Assembly: GCA_051251915.1 (NCBI GenBank)
Contig: JBPOGF010000003.1
Span: 1-64,000 of the forward strand
Source: Akkermansiaceae bacterium
Lineage (GTDB): Bacteria > Verrucomicrobiota > Verrucomicrobiia > Verrucomicrobiales > Akkermansiaceae
Reading direction: 5' to 3'
DNA length: 64,000 bases
Part shown: piece after piece, positions 44,901 to 54,602 of the stretch
How the letters are laid out: every line of letters begins with the position of its first letter
How positions within the stretch are numbered: position 1 is the stretch's first letter
Position numbers and translations under genes: made by a program
Notes under the pieces: generated by a model
What the model saw: the letters and a program-made list of their open reading frames with translations, nothing else
Database searches by the model: none
What the model was told of the DNA's origin: nothing

Positions 44901-47435
44901 CTCCAGCAGTCAAGTTCACTGAAAGAAGGTAAGCAAGCTCGTATCACTGAACTAGAGGGCATCCTGAGTGCCGTCCAGGATAAGCTTAAGTATAAAGAGA
45001 ACGAGCTAGATAAAATTGGCGTTGAACTGAGCTCTATCAAGCAGGAGAAAGAGGCGACAGTAAATTCACTCAGTCAGCAAAAAGGTGAGCTCGAAAGCCA
45101 ACAGCAAGCGCTCCAAGAAAAAGTGACTAAGTTCGAGGCGAAGATATCTGAACTCGGTGGCTTCAACATCGCAAAGCAAAAACAGCTTGATGAACTAGAA
45201 TCTCAACTCGCGGCATCACAGTCAGAGCTAAAAGCTAAGCAAGACAAACTTACTGAATTGGATAGCAAGCTAACTTCAGTAGATTCTGAGAAAAGCAATG
45301 CTTTAGAATCTCTCAGCAAGCAATACAGTGACGAGAAACAGCAGAGTCAAGAGCTCCAGAAAAAAGTAGGCGTGTTCCAAAGAGAGATCGAGCATCTCAG
45401 CGAGCATAACAACGGTAAGCAGAAACGCATTGACGAGCTTGAGCATTACTTAGGTGAGCGAGACGCTGAGCTCAATTCATTCCGAACTGAGCTTCAAGAC
45501 ACTAAGAGTAAGCTGAACCACAAAGAGAGCAATGTTCTAGAACTCAATGACAAGCTGAATAACATCCAGTCACTCATGGGGTCTAAAGATCAAGAACTAG
45601 CTAGCGTTCGAAGTCAGTTAGAAACTAAGCTAGCTGAGAAGACAAGTTTATTTGCAAGTATAAGCAGTGATAAAGAGAGCGTTGAAAAGCAGAAGAATGA
45701 GCTTCAGGGTGAACTCGAGAAATACAAAGATGAACTCCAGCATCTGATCAATCATAATAACGGGAAACAAAAGCGGATCGACGAACTTGAACATGCTCAA
45801 GGGGAAACAGATACTAAGTTATCCGAGCTTAAAACGAGTCTTTTAGAGAAACAGAGTCATACAGAGAGTCTAATCAGAGAAAGTGAAGACCGAGCCAACA
45901 AATTAAGAGAACTAGAGTCAAGCCTCCAGCAACGTAATGCAGAGTTGGATGCCCTCAAAAGCCAAGTTTCAGACACCAGCAGGATTGACGAACTCAATAG
46001 CCAGCTCAGCCATAAGCAGGAAGAAATTAACTCTGTGAATGAGCAGAAATCACAGATCGAGCAGCATAAGCAAGATCTTGAGCGTCAACTCTCAGAGAGC
46101 TATGTTAAGATCAATGGTCTTGAACAGAGTAATCATGTGGCGGAAGATCTAAAACGGCAGCTAGATGAAACTCACGGGAAGCTACATAGTCTCGAAGAAG
46201 AACTAACTCATAAGAGGGGAGCTATCGATACATTGGAGTATGATCTGGGACGCAGCCTAGGTGAGCTCTCGGAGTTGAAAGCAACATTGAACGACACATC
46301 GGCAGTCGATCAAGTCCGCTCGGAATTAGAACAAAAAGTATCCGAATTAGAATTTACCCATGCAGAAATGATCGCCAAACAAGATAAGATTGGCGAGCTA
46401 GAGCATATGTTAGATGAAAACCAAAAGCAGATTACTGTCCTCAACACCTCACTCACTGACACCGATGAGATTGATTCGCTCAAGGCGATGCTCACCGGTA
46501 AAGAAACACTACTATCAAGCCTGACTCAAGAAATGAAAGATAAACAAAACATGTTAGACGATCTAGAAAGAGCTCTTCAAGCCGCACAAAGAGAGCTTAA
46601 CGAAGCACAGCAAACGCTAAGTGACACAACTGAGCATGAGCAGATGCAAAAGGAAATAGATGAAAAGTCCTCTAAGATATCTGAGCTTCTTCACCAGACC
46701 GTGGATAAGGATGGAAAAATCAGTGAGCTAGAGTTGAACTTACAGGAAAAAGCGCATCAGCTGAGGCAAGCAGAGCTCAGAGCTAGCGACACTACTGAGA
46801 TGAGCCTCCTTCAGAAGCGTCTTGAAGAAAGAGAGAGTCATATTGCCTTTTTAGACAGTAGTGCTGCTACGGCTAACATGAGGCTTACTGACCTTGAGAA
46901 ACACATAGCGCTCAGGGATGCCGAGATTTATAAGCTTCAAGATCAAGTAAGAGACACCTCCAAGCTGGATGAACTCCTGCGCGATCTACAGAGTAAGGAA
47001 CAGCACATCAGTATGATCTCTGCGGATGCGGCCCAGAATAGCAGCAAGGTAGAGATGCTAGAGACCACACTCTCAGAGCTTCAAAACACTATTAACATGA
47101 AGGATGCCGAGCTTAATGCAATGCATGACCAGATCAATGACTTGAATCGCCAGAACCTCTTGGCTGAATTCGGTGAAGGGAACGTTATACAGGATTTAGA
47201 TTTAGGTATTATTTACACCATGATGCCTAACATGACCGATAACCTTGAGGAAATCTTCGGAATATCACAGGATCTTAGCTGGCAACTTAACCAGATGGGA
47301 GTCTATCGCTTCAAGCAGATCGCACTTTGGTCAGAATCTCAGATTGGGAACTTCCAACAGAGGCTGAACTTCCAAGGTAGTATATTCCGTGAGCAATGGG
47401 TAAAACAAGCTCAGCGAATCATTGATTTGGGTTAA
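41985..47435 (+). CDS. 1816-aa membrane-anchored coiled-coil protein with a C-terminal COG3743/DUF4332-like HhH domain
   Basis: N-terminal TM helix, about 1700 aa of heptads and C-terminal DNLEEIFGI...LNQMGVYRFKQIALW...REQWVKQA. Confidence 0.85.
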   Translation: MNALNETLYIAFFIGTAGIVAVLFYMLGQWLERLSSGRRNKSVVKSLISNQRLAKELSHESTIHRRIADRYREAFDKKETYWQTVRGRWQEEADKAKKIISKQETDRSNDLVELQESNKKLLALENDFKKLKRTSDNELTELKSTNVEESEIKRTEVEAKKNQEELQSLIDAELSNVATLTKQLEKKEEKISKLEQVIHRKNNDLNELKHLRQNSDEEIEQKFKTLSANFAEKEKQYEVLTANLKTRNEEIDKLQSKLADNDKQITILQSKAQEADTAADLKGRVFMSETQLLEKDQECKKIAGKLDQTKHDLDQLKVELNSKNQKLAALVAQAEDTSRIDALTAKVDEYEKVLAERDEQLTQLQQKHESVEASFNDQAKRIEDLNKEGSLKQDELENLREELSSKAEVLNGIQNQIKQLESTISAKDENIAQLKSQLEDTSQVDQLNSQLETLSNEIKERDEQLAVVHQENSQKNQAIQALEEKLESSNQELNEVRGALNQEKHQVQTLFAKVEDKSELEELGKKLALFQGQVSEKDNALAKLQQKLGEEQSHATTLKSALEDRERECDQHKNHILSLESKEDDANVIQQLEKQVETLKANNDNHSSLLNSAQANLIAKTNDVSKIKQQMESMLREKNQVIGSLGDDNRTLNNKQQELKEQAKNQAAEISHLSEHNQGKQDRIDELERSLHGVQEKLIHKEQKLVKLNDQFNTVTHEKDSAYDKLRKDKAEIDNQRKGLENHIAHLGGEIQNLKEHNQGKQNRIDELEGMLHGVNENLGHKEGEIAKLHDQLNSVISEKDGVIATLGQEKGNLENDRNALQQRVTGLEGEITDLKEHNQGHQTRIDELGVQIKSITEEKDVALGTLGKEKGDLENSHNALQKRVTDFEGEISHLKEHNQGKQNRIDELEGMLHGVKETLTHKEGELSHVHHQIKSLTDEKNAALTSLGNQKSDLENKHNALQQRLTKLDEELQQSSSLKEGKQARITELEGILSAVQDKLKYKENELDKIGVELSSIKQEKEATVNSLSQQKGELESQQQALQEKVTKFEAKISELGGFNIAKQKQLDELESQLAASQSELKAKQDKLTELDSKLTSVDSEKSNALESLSKQYSDEKQQSQELQKKVGVFQREIEHLSEHNNGKQKRIDELEHYLGERDAELNSFRTELQDTKSKLNHKESNVLELNDKLNNIQSLMGSKDQELASVRSQLETKLAEKTSLFASISSDKESVEKQKNELQGELEKYKDELQHLINHNNGKQKRIDELEHAQGETDTKLSELKTSLLEKQSHTESLIRESEDRANKLRELESSLQQRNAELDALKSQVSDTSRIDELNSQLSHKQEEINSVNEQKSQIEQHKQDLERQLSESYVKINGLEQSNHVAEDLKRQLDETHGKLHSLEEELTHKRGAIDTLEYDLGRSLGELSELKATLNDTSAVDQVRSELEQKVSELEFTHAEMIAKQDKIGELEHMLDENQKQITVLNTSLTDTDEIDSLKAMLTGKETLLSSLTQEMKDKQNMLDDLERALQAAQRELNEAQQTLSDTTEHEQMQKEIDEKSSKISELLHQTVDKDGKISELELNLQEKAHQLRQAELRASDTTEMSLLQKRLEERESHIAFLDSSAATANMRLTDLEKHIALRDAEIYKLQDQVRDTSKLDELLRDLQSKEQHISMISADAAQNSSKVEMLETTLSELQNTINMKDAELNAMHDQINDLNRQNLLAEFGEGNVIQDLDLGIIYTMMPNMTDNLEEIFGISQDLSWQLNQMGVYRFKQIALWSESQIGNFQQRLNFQGSIFREQWVKQAQRIIDLG

Positions 47436-47571
47436 AATCGGGGCTGAAAACCTTCTAAAGAAATAAAAATGCATTTTTATTAAAAGATAGCTTGATTTTT
47501 TGGTCACTTTGGAAGAGTCTCCGCCCGCACCAAGAGAATGTTTCGACATTCTAACCAAGAACTTAATTGAT

Positions 47572-47650
<79 letters not shown>

Positions 47651-47655
47651 CTTTA

Positions 47656-47690
47656 AAGACCGTCATTATCTAGCTATATGGCGGTTTTTT
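47656..47690 (+). terminator. Terminator after tRNA-Pro
   Basis: ACCGTCAT...ATGGCGGT followed by TTTTT. Confidence 0.6.
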
Positions 47691-47952
47691 GCATTTCAGG
47701 TAATTGTTCATGGATGGCATGATAGTATGTGGGTTTAGTGGCTTGAGTTGGCTTAGAATAAATTATCCCTTGTAGTTAAGAGAGTTGAGAATATTTTTAA
47801 TAGGTTGAGTAGTCAATATCGAGGTCTCAAATAGGGATAAACTATGACCTATATGCTCGATTGTTTCCAGTTGGACAGTTTATATACTGACATGTATGTA
47901 TTGTGTATATTCAGAAAATTAGTTGCTCTAATACGTTATTGGTATTGGAAAA

Positions 47953-50900
47953 ATGACACACAAATCTAGGAACAACATGAAAAGATATATTCCAAATAAG
48001 TCACGTACTAAACATAGAGGTTTTGCGTTAATAGCTACTATTTCAATTGCTTCGTTGCTCATGTTGATTGCTTTAGCTATGCTGTCGCTTTCTTCTGTGG
48101 AAGTGCGTCAGCAAGGTACTATGGCGCATCAAGAACGCGCTAGGGCTAATGCTCGAATGGCAGCGATGCTTGCCTTAGGTGAGCTTCAACTGAAACTTGG
48201 GGCAGATCAGCGCGTGACAGCTACGGCAGCTATTGTTGATGATTCAGTAGACGCGCAGAAGAGAAACTGGACGACAGTCTGGGACACTTCTACGTGGGAC
48301 CCAGAAGACCCTGAGGGTACACGTGATGATGCCTACATGGGTGCGCTAGTTTCTGGAAACGAGTATACGGAGGCAAGTAGTAGGTCAGCTGCCGTGTCAC
48401 CACTAAGCTCAGCAATAGATCCTAGTGATGAAAACTGGATTGAAATGGTGGGGGAGGAATCTGTAGAGCTTGATGATGATTATGTTTATGCGCCTCGTGT
48501 GGACGTCTTAGATGACTCCGGTGATACAAGCGGCGGGTATGCTTACTGGGTAAGTGATGAGGGAGTGAAGGCACGAATCGACATAGGGACATCTCCCGAT
48601 GCGCCGAGCAATACATGGGCTACAACAGGAACATTAGCCTCTGCACCGGGAACGGGTATTCATAAAGTAAGTGGTCTAGAAAACTACACGACTTATTTAC
48701 CTGATGGGGCAGAAGCTGACAATCTAACCAATTTCATGAGTCTAGGCTCCTTTGACCTTAGTTCACTAGATTCAGTAAGCATCAAAGACAACTTTCACCA
48801 CCTTACAGCTACTCACACTGGTTTATTGGTAGATAATTACTTGGGGGGGATACGACGTGACCTTTCGACAGCATTTGAAATCGATGCCGAAGATTTTAGC
48901 GAGATCACTGAGTTCAATAATTCAGGAGAAACGAATGAGACGGAAGAGTACAGCACATTTTCTCCATCATCGGTAAAAACAAATCCACTTTATTATCATA
49001 ATGGTACTGACCCTGAGCTAGGCTATCTTTATGAAGTACCTGTAGATTCTACAAACCGCTATCGGGGGCCTACATGGGATTTGTTGCGAAATCATTATCG
49101 GCTATATAAGAAAGAGAGAAACGCACTTAATTTTCGAGGACTTCCCACTCCTAGTAGTGACGCACTTATCGCCCATGGTGTGGTGCCAATGAGCTATACG
49201 GGAGAAGTAGGGAGCGGAACAGTAGGCTCATCTATAGGTTCAGTGATTGAAGCACCTAACTATTCAGGTGTGAATGGCTCGGCACAATACCCAATGGTCT
49301 CTGCACATGGTCAGAGTGGTGGGCATGTTGCTAGGGACGGGAATAGGATGCAACCTACGGTTCAGAAAATAAGTCCGGAGCTGATTCGTTCTGTAATCGT
49401 GTTTGGAATAGCCAAAGATCAAGATGAATTTCATATGACGGCGACTCCTTATTTTACGTTTCATAACCCGTATAATCACCCGTTGGAATTTTATTCACTC
49501 AGTGTGGATATGCGTGGAATTGGTGCATACACCTATTTCAACGTGGATTACGTTAATGAGGCTGATCAAAACAAATCTACGACGATGCGTTTTCAAGGTA
49601 TTGGCGGTCAAAATTTGAAGTTTATGACATCCTACCGGCTAGCTCCGCCTACTAGCGGATTGTACCGCTTGGAGCCTGGTGAAATACGGATGATGAGTAT
49701 GCTGCCAAATACTGATAAGGCAGATGAGGGCCAAAACAATATACGTCTCACTGAATTTAAATATAATCAGGAAAACGGCCTAGTCTCAGAACTAGACGAT
49801 GCTAATACATCGAATCAAATTGAAGTAAAAGAAGACTCTATGATGACGATGACCATAGGCACAAAAGAAAACGTATCCACATTAGGGAGCATATTTAGCC
49901 GATTGTATCATCCTGAGAGTGCGACTGGTGGAGCGTATGCATTGGATGATATAGGAACATTTTCTAACAATAACAATGCAAATACAAACAGGTATAACGA
50001 TACTGAACCACTATCATTGATCAAGCAGATGAAGATGCTACCTTATAACAAAGTTTATAACGGTGTTGATAAAGAAGGTAATCCTGAACAAAGAGTATTC
50101 AATGAAAACCAGGTGACCACGCCTGATAATGGCTATCTTGCCTTATTCGTTATGGATATGCGAATGAAGACATTTGAAAGTGATGTTGCGGTGGCTGTGA
50201 TGAATGATTTCAACTATCGATCATTAGGAATGGGGCCTAGGGAATATGATTCTGGTGATGTTTTGGGACCTAACTGGGATTTTGAGATACGGCCGATTGG
50301 TGACTATTCTGAACTACAGTTAACGGATGACGTGAATGGATCTGCCTACTGGGGTGCATCTACTGAAGCTGGGAGTGGCTCGTCTAGAATTGTATTATTT
50401 GATCTACCACGCACGCCGAGTGTCTCATTAGCTACGCTTCAACACGCAGACACATCAAAGCTTCACTTCCATCCGATGAGATCGATTGCACACTCTCGTG
50501 CGCAAGTTGGCCAGTCAGACCTCACCAAGATCTACGCAAAATTATCTAGACAGCGGGCAAATACGGATCCGAAAGATCAGATCGATACCTCATGGGCATC
50601 TAATGAAGCTCTATGGAACCGCTATTACTACTCTGGGATTAACTGGGGTGATGAGTCTGGCCAACCATATTCTACTCAGGAGGAGGCTATTCAGGCGATT
50701 ATTGATGGAGATGCGGATAAGGTTTTTGCTAATACTAGAATAGAGCTGATGCAACAGGTCAATGATAGTGATCTTGCTGAGTTAACTGGGGAAGATGCAT
50801 ATGCAAAACTAGGTAACTATTTAGGGATCAAGGGAGCGTTCAATGTAAACTCGACTAGTGTGGAGGCTTGGAAGGCGGTACTCGCTAGTTTAAGTGGTCA

Positions 50901-51606
50901 TGAAATTAGCTATCTAACAGGTTCTACGATTACTCAAGAGAAGCTAGATAACGATCTGAGCCCCATCAGTAGGTTCTCAACGCCGGCAGGTGATGAGAAT
51001 GATGATCTGACTGGTTTCCGCGCTCTCAGTGATACAGAGCTGGATGAGCTGGCAGTGGCGATGGTGGAGCAAGTCAAGTTACGTGGTCCATTTATGGGGC
51101 TTGCTGATTTTGTAAACCGCCGCCTTGTGGATGATGAGACAGGTGAATCTGGTGCTATCCAGGCTGCTATTGATTCGACTAGTATCAATTCTTCAGTAGC
51201 GAACGGTACGGTGAATGATCCTGGTTTAAAACAATCATCCGTTGATGCTAATACAGGGATTGCGAGGTATTTTGACCAAGGTGATGTTCTGACTTCATTG
51301 GCTCCTATCATGGCGACTCGCTCAGACACATTCGTCATCAGAGCTTATGGTGATAGCAAAGATAATAATGGGAATATTAAGGCAAAGGCATGGTGTGAAG
51401 TGATCGTTCAGCGCACGCCGGAATGGCTTGTGCATACGGATGAAGAGGCGACTGTTCAGCACTCGGATTATCCAGCATCGAACCCTACTAATTACCCGAT
51501 TTTGAAGCATTGGGACGAGAATCCATCATTGCCTGATACATGTAAGAAATTCGGCAGGAAGTTCGCAGTGAAATCATTTCGCTGGTTATCTAACAACGAA
51601 ATCTAA
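47953..51606 (+). CDS. Large PilX/GspK-like pseudopilin-type protein typical of Verrucomicrobia
   Basis: Type IV prepilin-like RG|FALIATI, ARANAR..A.LALGELQ..G.DQRVTA, YAYWVSDEGVKA, RGPF..LADFVNR and RSDTFVIRAYG. Confidence 0.75.
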   Translation: MTHKSRNNMKRYIPNKSRTKHRGFALIATISIASLLMLIALAMLSLSSVEVRQQGTMAHQERARANARMAAMLALGELQLKLGADQRVTATAAIVDDSVDAQKRNWTTVWDTSTWDPEDPEGTRDDAYMGALVSGNEYTEASSRSAAVSPLSSAIDPSDENWIEMVGEESVELDDDYVYAPRVDVLDDSGDTSGGYAYWVSDEGVKARIDIGTSPDAPSNTWATTGTLASAPGTGIHKVSGLENYTTYLPDGAEADNLTNFMSLGSFDLSSLDSVSIKDNFHHLTATHTGLLVDNYLGGIRRDLSTAFEIDAEDFSEITEFNNSGETNETEEYSTFSPSSVKTNPLYYHNGTDPELGYLYEVPVDSTNRYRGPTWDLLRNHYRLYKKERNALNFRGLPTPSSDALIAHGVVPMSYTGEVGSGTVGSSIGSVIEAPNYSGVNGSAQYPMVSAHGQSGGHVARDGNRMQPTVQKISPELIRSVIVFGIAKDQDEFHMTATPYFTFHNPYNHPLEFYSLSVDMRGIGAYTYFNVDYVNEADQNKSTTMRFQGIGGQNLKFMTSYRLAPPTSGLYRLEPGEIRMMSMLPNTDKADEGQNNIRLTEFKYNQENGLVSELDDANTSNQIEVKEDSMMTMTIGTKENVSTLGSIFSRLYHPESATGGAYALDDIGTFSNNNNANTNRYNDTEPLSLIKQMKMLPYNKVYNGVDKEGNPEQRVFNENQVTTPDNGYLALFVMDMRMKTFESDVAVAVMNDFNYRSLGMGPREYDSGDVLGPNWDFEIRPIGDYSELQLTDDVNGSAYWGASTEAGSGSSRIVLFDLPRTPSVSLATLQHADTSKLHFHPMRSIAHSRAQVGQSDLTKIYAKLSRQRANTDPKDQIDTSWASNEALWNRYYYSGINWGDESGQPYSTQEEAIQAIIDGDADKVFANTRIELMQQVNDSDLAELTGEDAYAKLGNYLGIKGAFNVNSTSVEAWKAVLASLSGHEISYLTGSTITQEKLDNDLSPISRFSTPAGDENDDLTGFRALSDTELDELAVAMVEQVKLRGPFMGLADFVNRRLVDDETGESGAIQAAIDSTSINSSVANGTVNDPGLKQSSVDANTGIARYFDQGDVLTSLAPIMATRSDTFVIRAYGDSKDNNGNIKAKAWCEVIVQRTPEWLVHTDEEATVQHSDYPASNPTNYPILKHWDENPSLPDTCKKFGRKFAVKSFRWLSNNEI

Positions 51607-51630
51607 GAAACGATTTTACCAAACTAGACT

Positions 51631-52338
51631 ATGAATTATTTAAGTAAACTACTGATCTACTGTTTTTTAATCACTGGCACGATGACTGCGGGGGCTCAAG
51701 AGGCAGCAGAAGAAAAGAAAGCTGGTAAGAGGTATAAGGCGACACTTTTCAACGCATGGGGTGGGCCAGATTTATTCACTAAAGGTAAGGATGGATATCT
51801 CCCTTTAAAGCCAGCAAAGTATTCGTACACGCAGCCGTATAAGTACGCTGACAGCGTGATAGAACTCTATACCAAGGGGGTATCAGCTGAGGGGGAGGAA
51901 GTCTATCTTGTGGCGATGAGTGTCCCTGTGGCAACGTCTATCGAGGAGCCGCTCTTGGTTCTTGCCTGGGATCGAGGAGCTAAAAAACCACATGGAAAAG
52001 TCATCGAGTTTTCACCTAAGAAGTTCAAATACGGTAGCTATCAGATTGCTAATTTTAGCAGCTTAACTATTGGAGGATATGTAGGTTCCAAGAAAAACAA
52101 AGTGATCTGCAAACCCAATAGTGAAGCTATTGCCAAGTTCAATTTGAAGGAGAAAGGTGCAACGCCTATTGTCTTATACACTTCTATAGGTGGTCAAACT
52201 AAGAAGGTATTTGGCACTATCACAATGCATCGAGATAGTAAGAGAGCGATTTACTTATTGTATGCTGAAACAAATAATTTGGGTCAGCCAGTGTTCCGCA
52301 GCATCGTGATTGTGGATCATGCTAGAGCTGCGGAGTGA
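51631..52338 (+). CDS. Secreted hypothetical protein (partner of the PilX-like gene)
   Basis: Signal peptide AGA|QE; located directly downstream. Confidence 0.7.
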   Translation: MNYLSKLLIYCFLITGTMTAGAQEAAEEKKAGKRYKATLFNAWGGPDLFTKGKDGYLPLKPAKYSYTQPYKYADSVIELYTKGVSAEGEEVYLVAMSVPVATSIEEPLLVLAWDRGAKKPHGKVIEFSPKKFKYGSYQIANFSSLTIGGYVGSKKNKVICKPNSEAIAKFNLKEKGATPIVLYTSIGGQTKKVFGTITMHRDSKRAIYLLYAETNNLGQPVFRSIVIVDHARAAE

Positions 52339-52377
52339 TCTTCATATAGGCTGTGGAGACCAATACTAAGAGAATGA

Positions 52378-52408
52378 AAAACCCACTGATACATAGGTAT
52401 CAGTGGGC
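52378..52408 (-). terminator. Terminator of PEP-CTERM gene 1
   Basis: AAAA-CCCACTGATAC-atag-GTATCAGTGGG. Confidence 0.85.
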
Positions 52409-52461
52409 ATTTGTATGAAAATAACTAGAATAATTAGAAACGGTTCAGTTTCTAATTCTAA

Positions 52462-53289
52462 TTACTTGCGGCGACGTAGGATGAGAGCGAGACCACCGAG
52501 GCCGAGAAGGGCTGTGGATGATGGTTCTGGGATGGCATCTAAGGCGTTAATGCTTACTTCATGGATGGTGAGTCCTGAATTGCCTTGAGAATAGGCTGCG
52601 AAGTAGAATTCACCATCAGCAGAGTCAGTGAATAGTGAAGATAATTGACCCGCTGTGAGGTTAGCTGATGTTGAATTTAACGTAGCAGTACCACTACCGT
52701 CTGCGTTGACTGTGAGTGTGAATAGTTGTCTGCTGCCCAAAGTAACGGCACTGTCAAGATCATCCGATAATGAGGTGAGGGTGCCGAAGTCAGAATTTAA
52801 GCCTTGGAAGCCATTTCTCGTAGTGGCGGAAAAACCTACAGCATTTAATGCTTGGTCGGTCTGCATGAAGGCAGATAGGTTACCAGGATCTCCTGCATTA
52901 GGAGTGTTAACTGATGTGATTTCATCAACAATTCCGAAGGATGAGGTGAAAGAGGGGTTTCCTGAAGCTGCAGTGGTAAAATCCACTAACATAACAAAGC
53001 CATTACTGAGGTCAAATTGGTTTGTACTATGCATCCATGCAACACGGTTACCGCTGTTTGTTTGTGGAACGAGGTCACTTCCGGCGTCCATGAACTCTAC
53101 AGCTAACGAGCCAGCAGGGGCTCCTATATTGTTATCTCCGGTTTCAAATGTACCGCCGATCTTAGTGTTGGTAACGCCGTCACCATCAAAGGTGTCTCGA
53201 TAGACGACGGCGGCTTGTGATGCGCTGCCGGCAGCGAGTAGAGTCAGCGCAGTCAGCGCCGATGTTGTTAGTTTAGTATTTATGTTCAT
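52462..53289 (-). CDS. PEP-CTERM sorting domain protein 1
   Basis: Signal peptide and IPEPSSTALLGLGGLALILRRRK. Confidence 0.93.
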   Translation of the reverse strand: MNINTKLTTSALTALTLLAAGSASQAAVVYRDTFDGDGVTNTKIGGTFETGDNNIGAPAGSLAVEFMDAGSDLVPQTNSGNRVAWMHSTNQFDLSNGFVMLVDFTTAASGNPSFTSSFGIVDEITSVNTPNAGDPGNLSAFMQTDQALNAVGFSATTRNGFQGLNSDFGTLTSLSDDLDSAVTLGSRQLFTLTVNADGSGTATLNSTSANLTAGQLSSLFTDSADGEFYFAAYSQGNSGLTIHEVSINALDAIPEPSSTALLGLGGLALILRRRK

Positions 53290-53472
53290 ATTTTTTATTC
53301 GTTTTGTGTATCATATTTTCTTATTGAGGAATTTACTCAGATATAAAAATGAGTAAATCATCACTTATTTTAAGCAAGTTACATACCAAATTGTTAGATA
53401 TTAAATATGTGTATAGGGTAATTGTTGACCTATTTGATTCGAGACTTGGAATGAGGCTAGTATACTGGCGAT

Positions 53473-53505
53473 AAAAAACCCACTGACACGCGGGGTATCA
53501 GTGGG
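53473..53505 (-). terminator. Terminator of PEP-CTERM gene 2
   Basis: AAAAAA-CCCACTGA..TCAGTGGG. Confidence 0.85.
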
Positions 53506-53549
53506 TGAGGGTATGAAATGGTTAGAAACTGGTGTGGTTTTATTTCCAA

Positions 53550-54362
53550 TTAGTTACGGCGACGTATCAAGAGCGCTAGACCACTAAGTCCGAGTAGGGC
53601 TGTGGATGATGGTTCTGGGATTGCATCGAGCGTATCAATTGTTACTCCAAACATCTTTAAACCTGTGTTTCCTTGGGAGTTTGCGGCAAAATAGAATTCT
53701 CCGTCGCTAGAGGAGCTGAATAGGCCTGAGAATGTGCCGGCGGCAGCTGAGCCAGTGGTTGTATCAAGGCTAAAATTTGCGCTGCCGTCCGCATTCACTG
53801 TTAAGATAAATGTTTGTCTAGTTCCTAAGACAATTGCGCTATTTAGGTCTTCTATAGTTGAGAACGTTCCGAAATCTGAATTGATGCCTTGATTTCCATT
53901 TCGATCTGTAGCGGAGAGCCCAAGTGCATTAAGTGAGGTATAGGTTGCATTATCTTGTGTTAAGAATGAGGTTAGATTACCTGTTGAAAATTCGCCAGTA
54001 TCTGCAATTTCATCAATGATTCCAAAGGTAGAGGTAAACGAAGTCTGACCAGTTGCAGCAGTCTGAAAGTCGACAGTTAATGTGAATCCAGTGGATAGAT
54101 CAAACTGATTAATACTGTGCATCCATGCAACTTGGTTACCAGCGGCTGTGTCTGAAGTGAGAACGCCTTCGTCAATGAACTTACCAGCCGCAGCTACTGC
54201 GGAATTTGTTCCACTAGTGAAATCACCACCGACGCCGTTGCCATTTCCTATATTACCTTCGAAAACATCTTGGTAAACGACTACTGCTTGAGAAGCACTA
54301 GTCACGGCGAGTAGAGTCAGTGCTGTTAGCGCTGATGTTGTTTTTGTTGTATTTATTTTCAT
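53550..54362 (-). CDS. PEP-CTERM sorting domain protein 2 (paralogue of 1)
   Basis: Shares VAWMHSxNQFDLS, LTVNADGS and DGEFYFAA; ends in IPEPSSTALLGL. Confidence 0.93.
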   Translation of the reverse strand: MKINTTKTTSALTALTLLAVTSASQAVVVYQDVFEGNIGNGNGVGGDFTSGTNSAVAAAGKFIDEGVLTSDTAAGNQVAWMHSINQFDLSTGFTLTVDFQTAATGQTSFTSTFGIIDEIADTGEFSTGNLTSFLTQDNATYTSLNALGLSATDRNGNQGINSDFGTFSTIEDLNSAIVLGTRQTFILTVNADGSANFSLDTTTGSAAAGTFSGLFSSSSDGEFYFAANSQGNTGLKMFGVTIDTLDAIPEPSSTALLGLSGLALLIRRRN

Positions 54363-54540
54363 GATTATTATTTGTTCCTACTGAGGGGTGAAAACAGATT
54401 GCCCAAGTAGAAGTATAGGCAACAGAAATGAAGATGGTGCATGAATGAGACCAAGTTGTTAGATATTGGTTGTGTATGAGAGGTGAAACTATGACCCTTC
54501 TATCATAGTTTGTTTGGATGATGGTTTTGGACTAGACACA

Positions 54541-54577
54541 AAAACCCCACTGAAGCGTGGAGCTTCAGTGGGGTTTT
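54541..54577 (-). terminator. Terminator of PEP-CTERM gene 3
   Basis: AAAACCCCACTGAAGC-gtgga-GCTTCAGTGGGGTTTT. Confidence 0.85.
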
Positions 54578-54602
54578 GTATGAAAATAAGTAAGTTATCT
54601 AA

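Noticed and set aside
41985..47435. SMC or phage tape-measure annotation
   Set aside because: No Walker A/B or hinge domain, and no phage genes nearby; it has an N-terminal TM helix.
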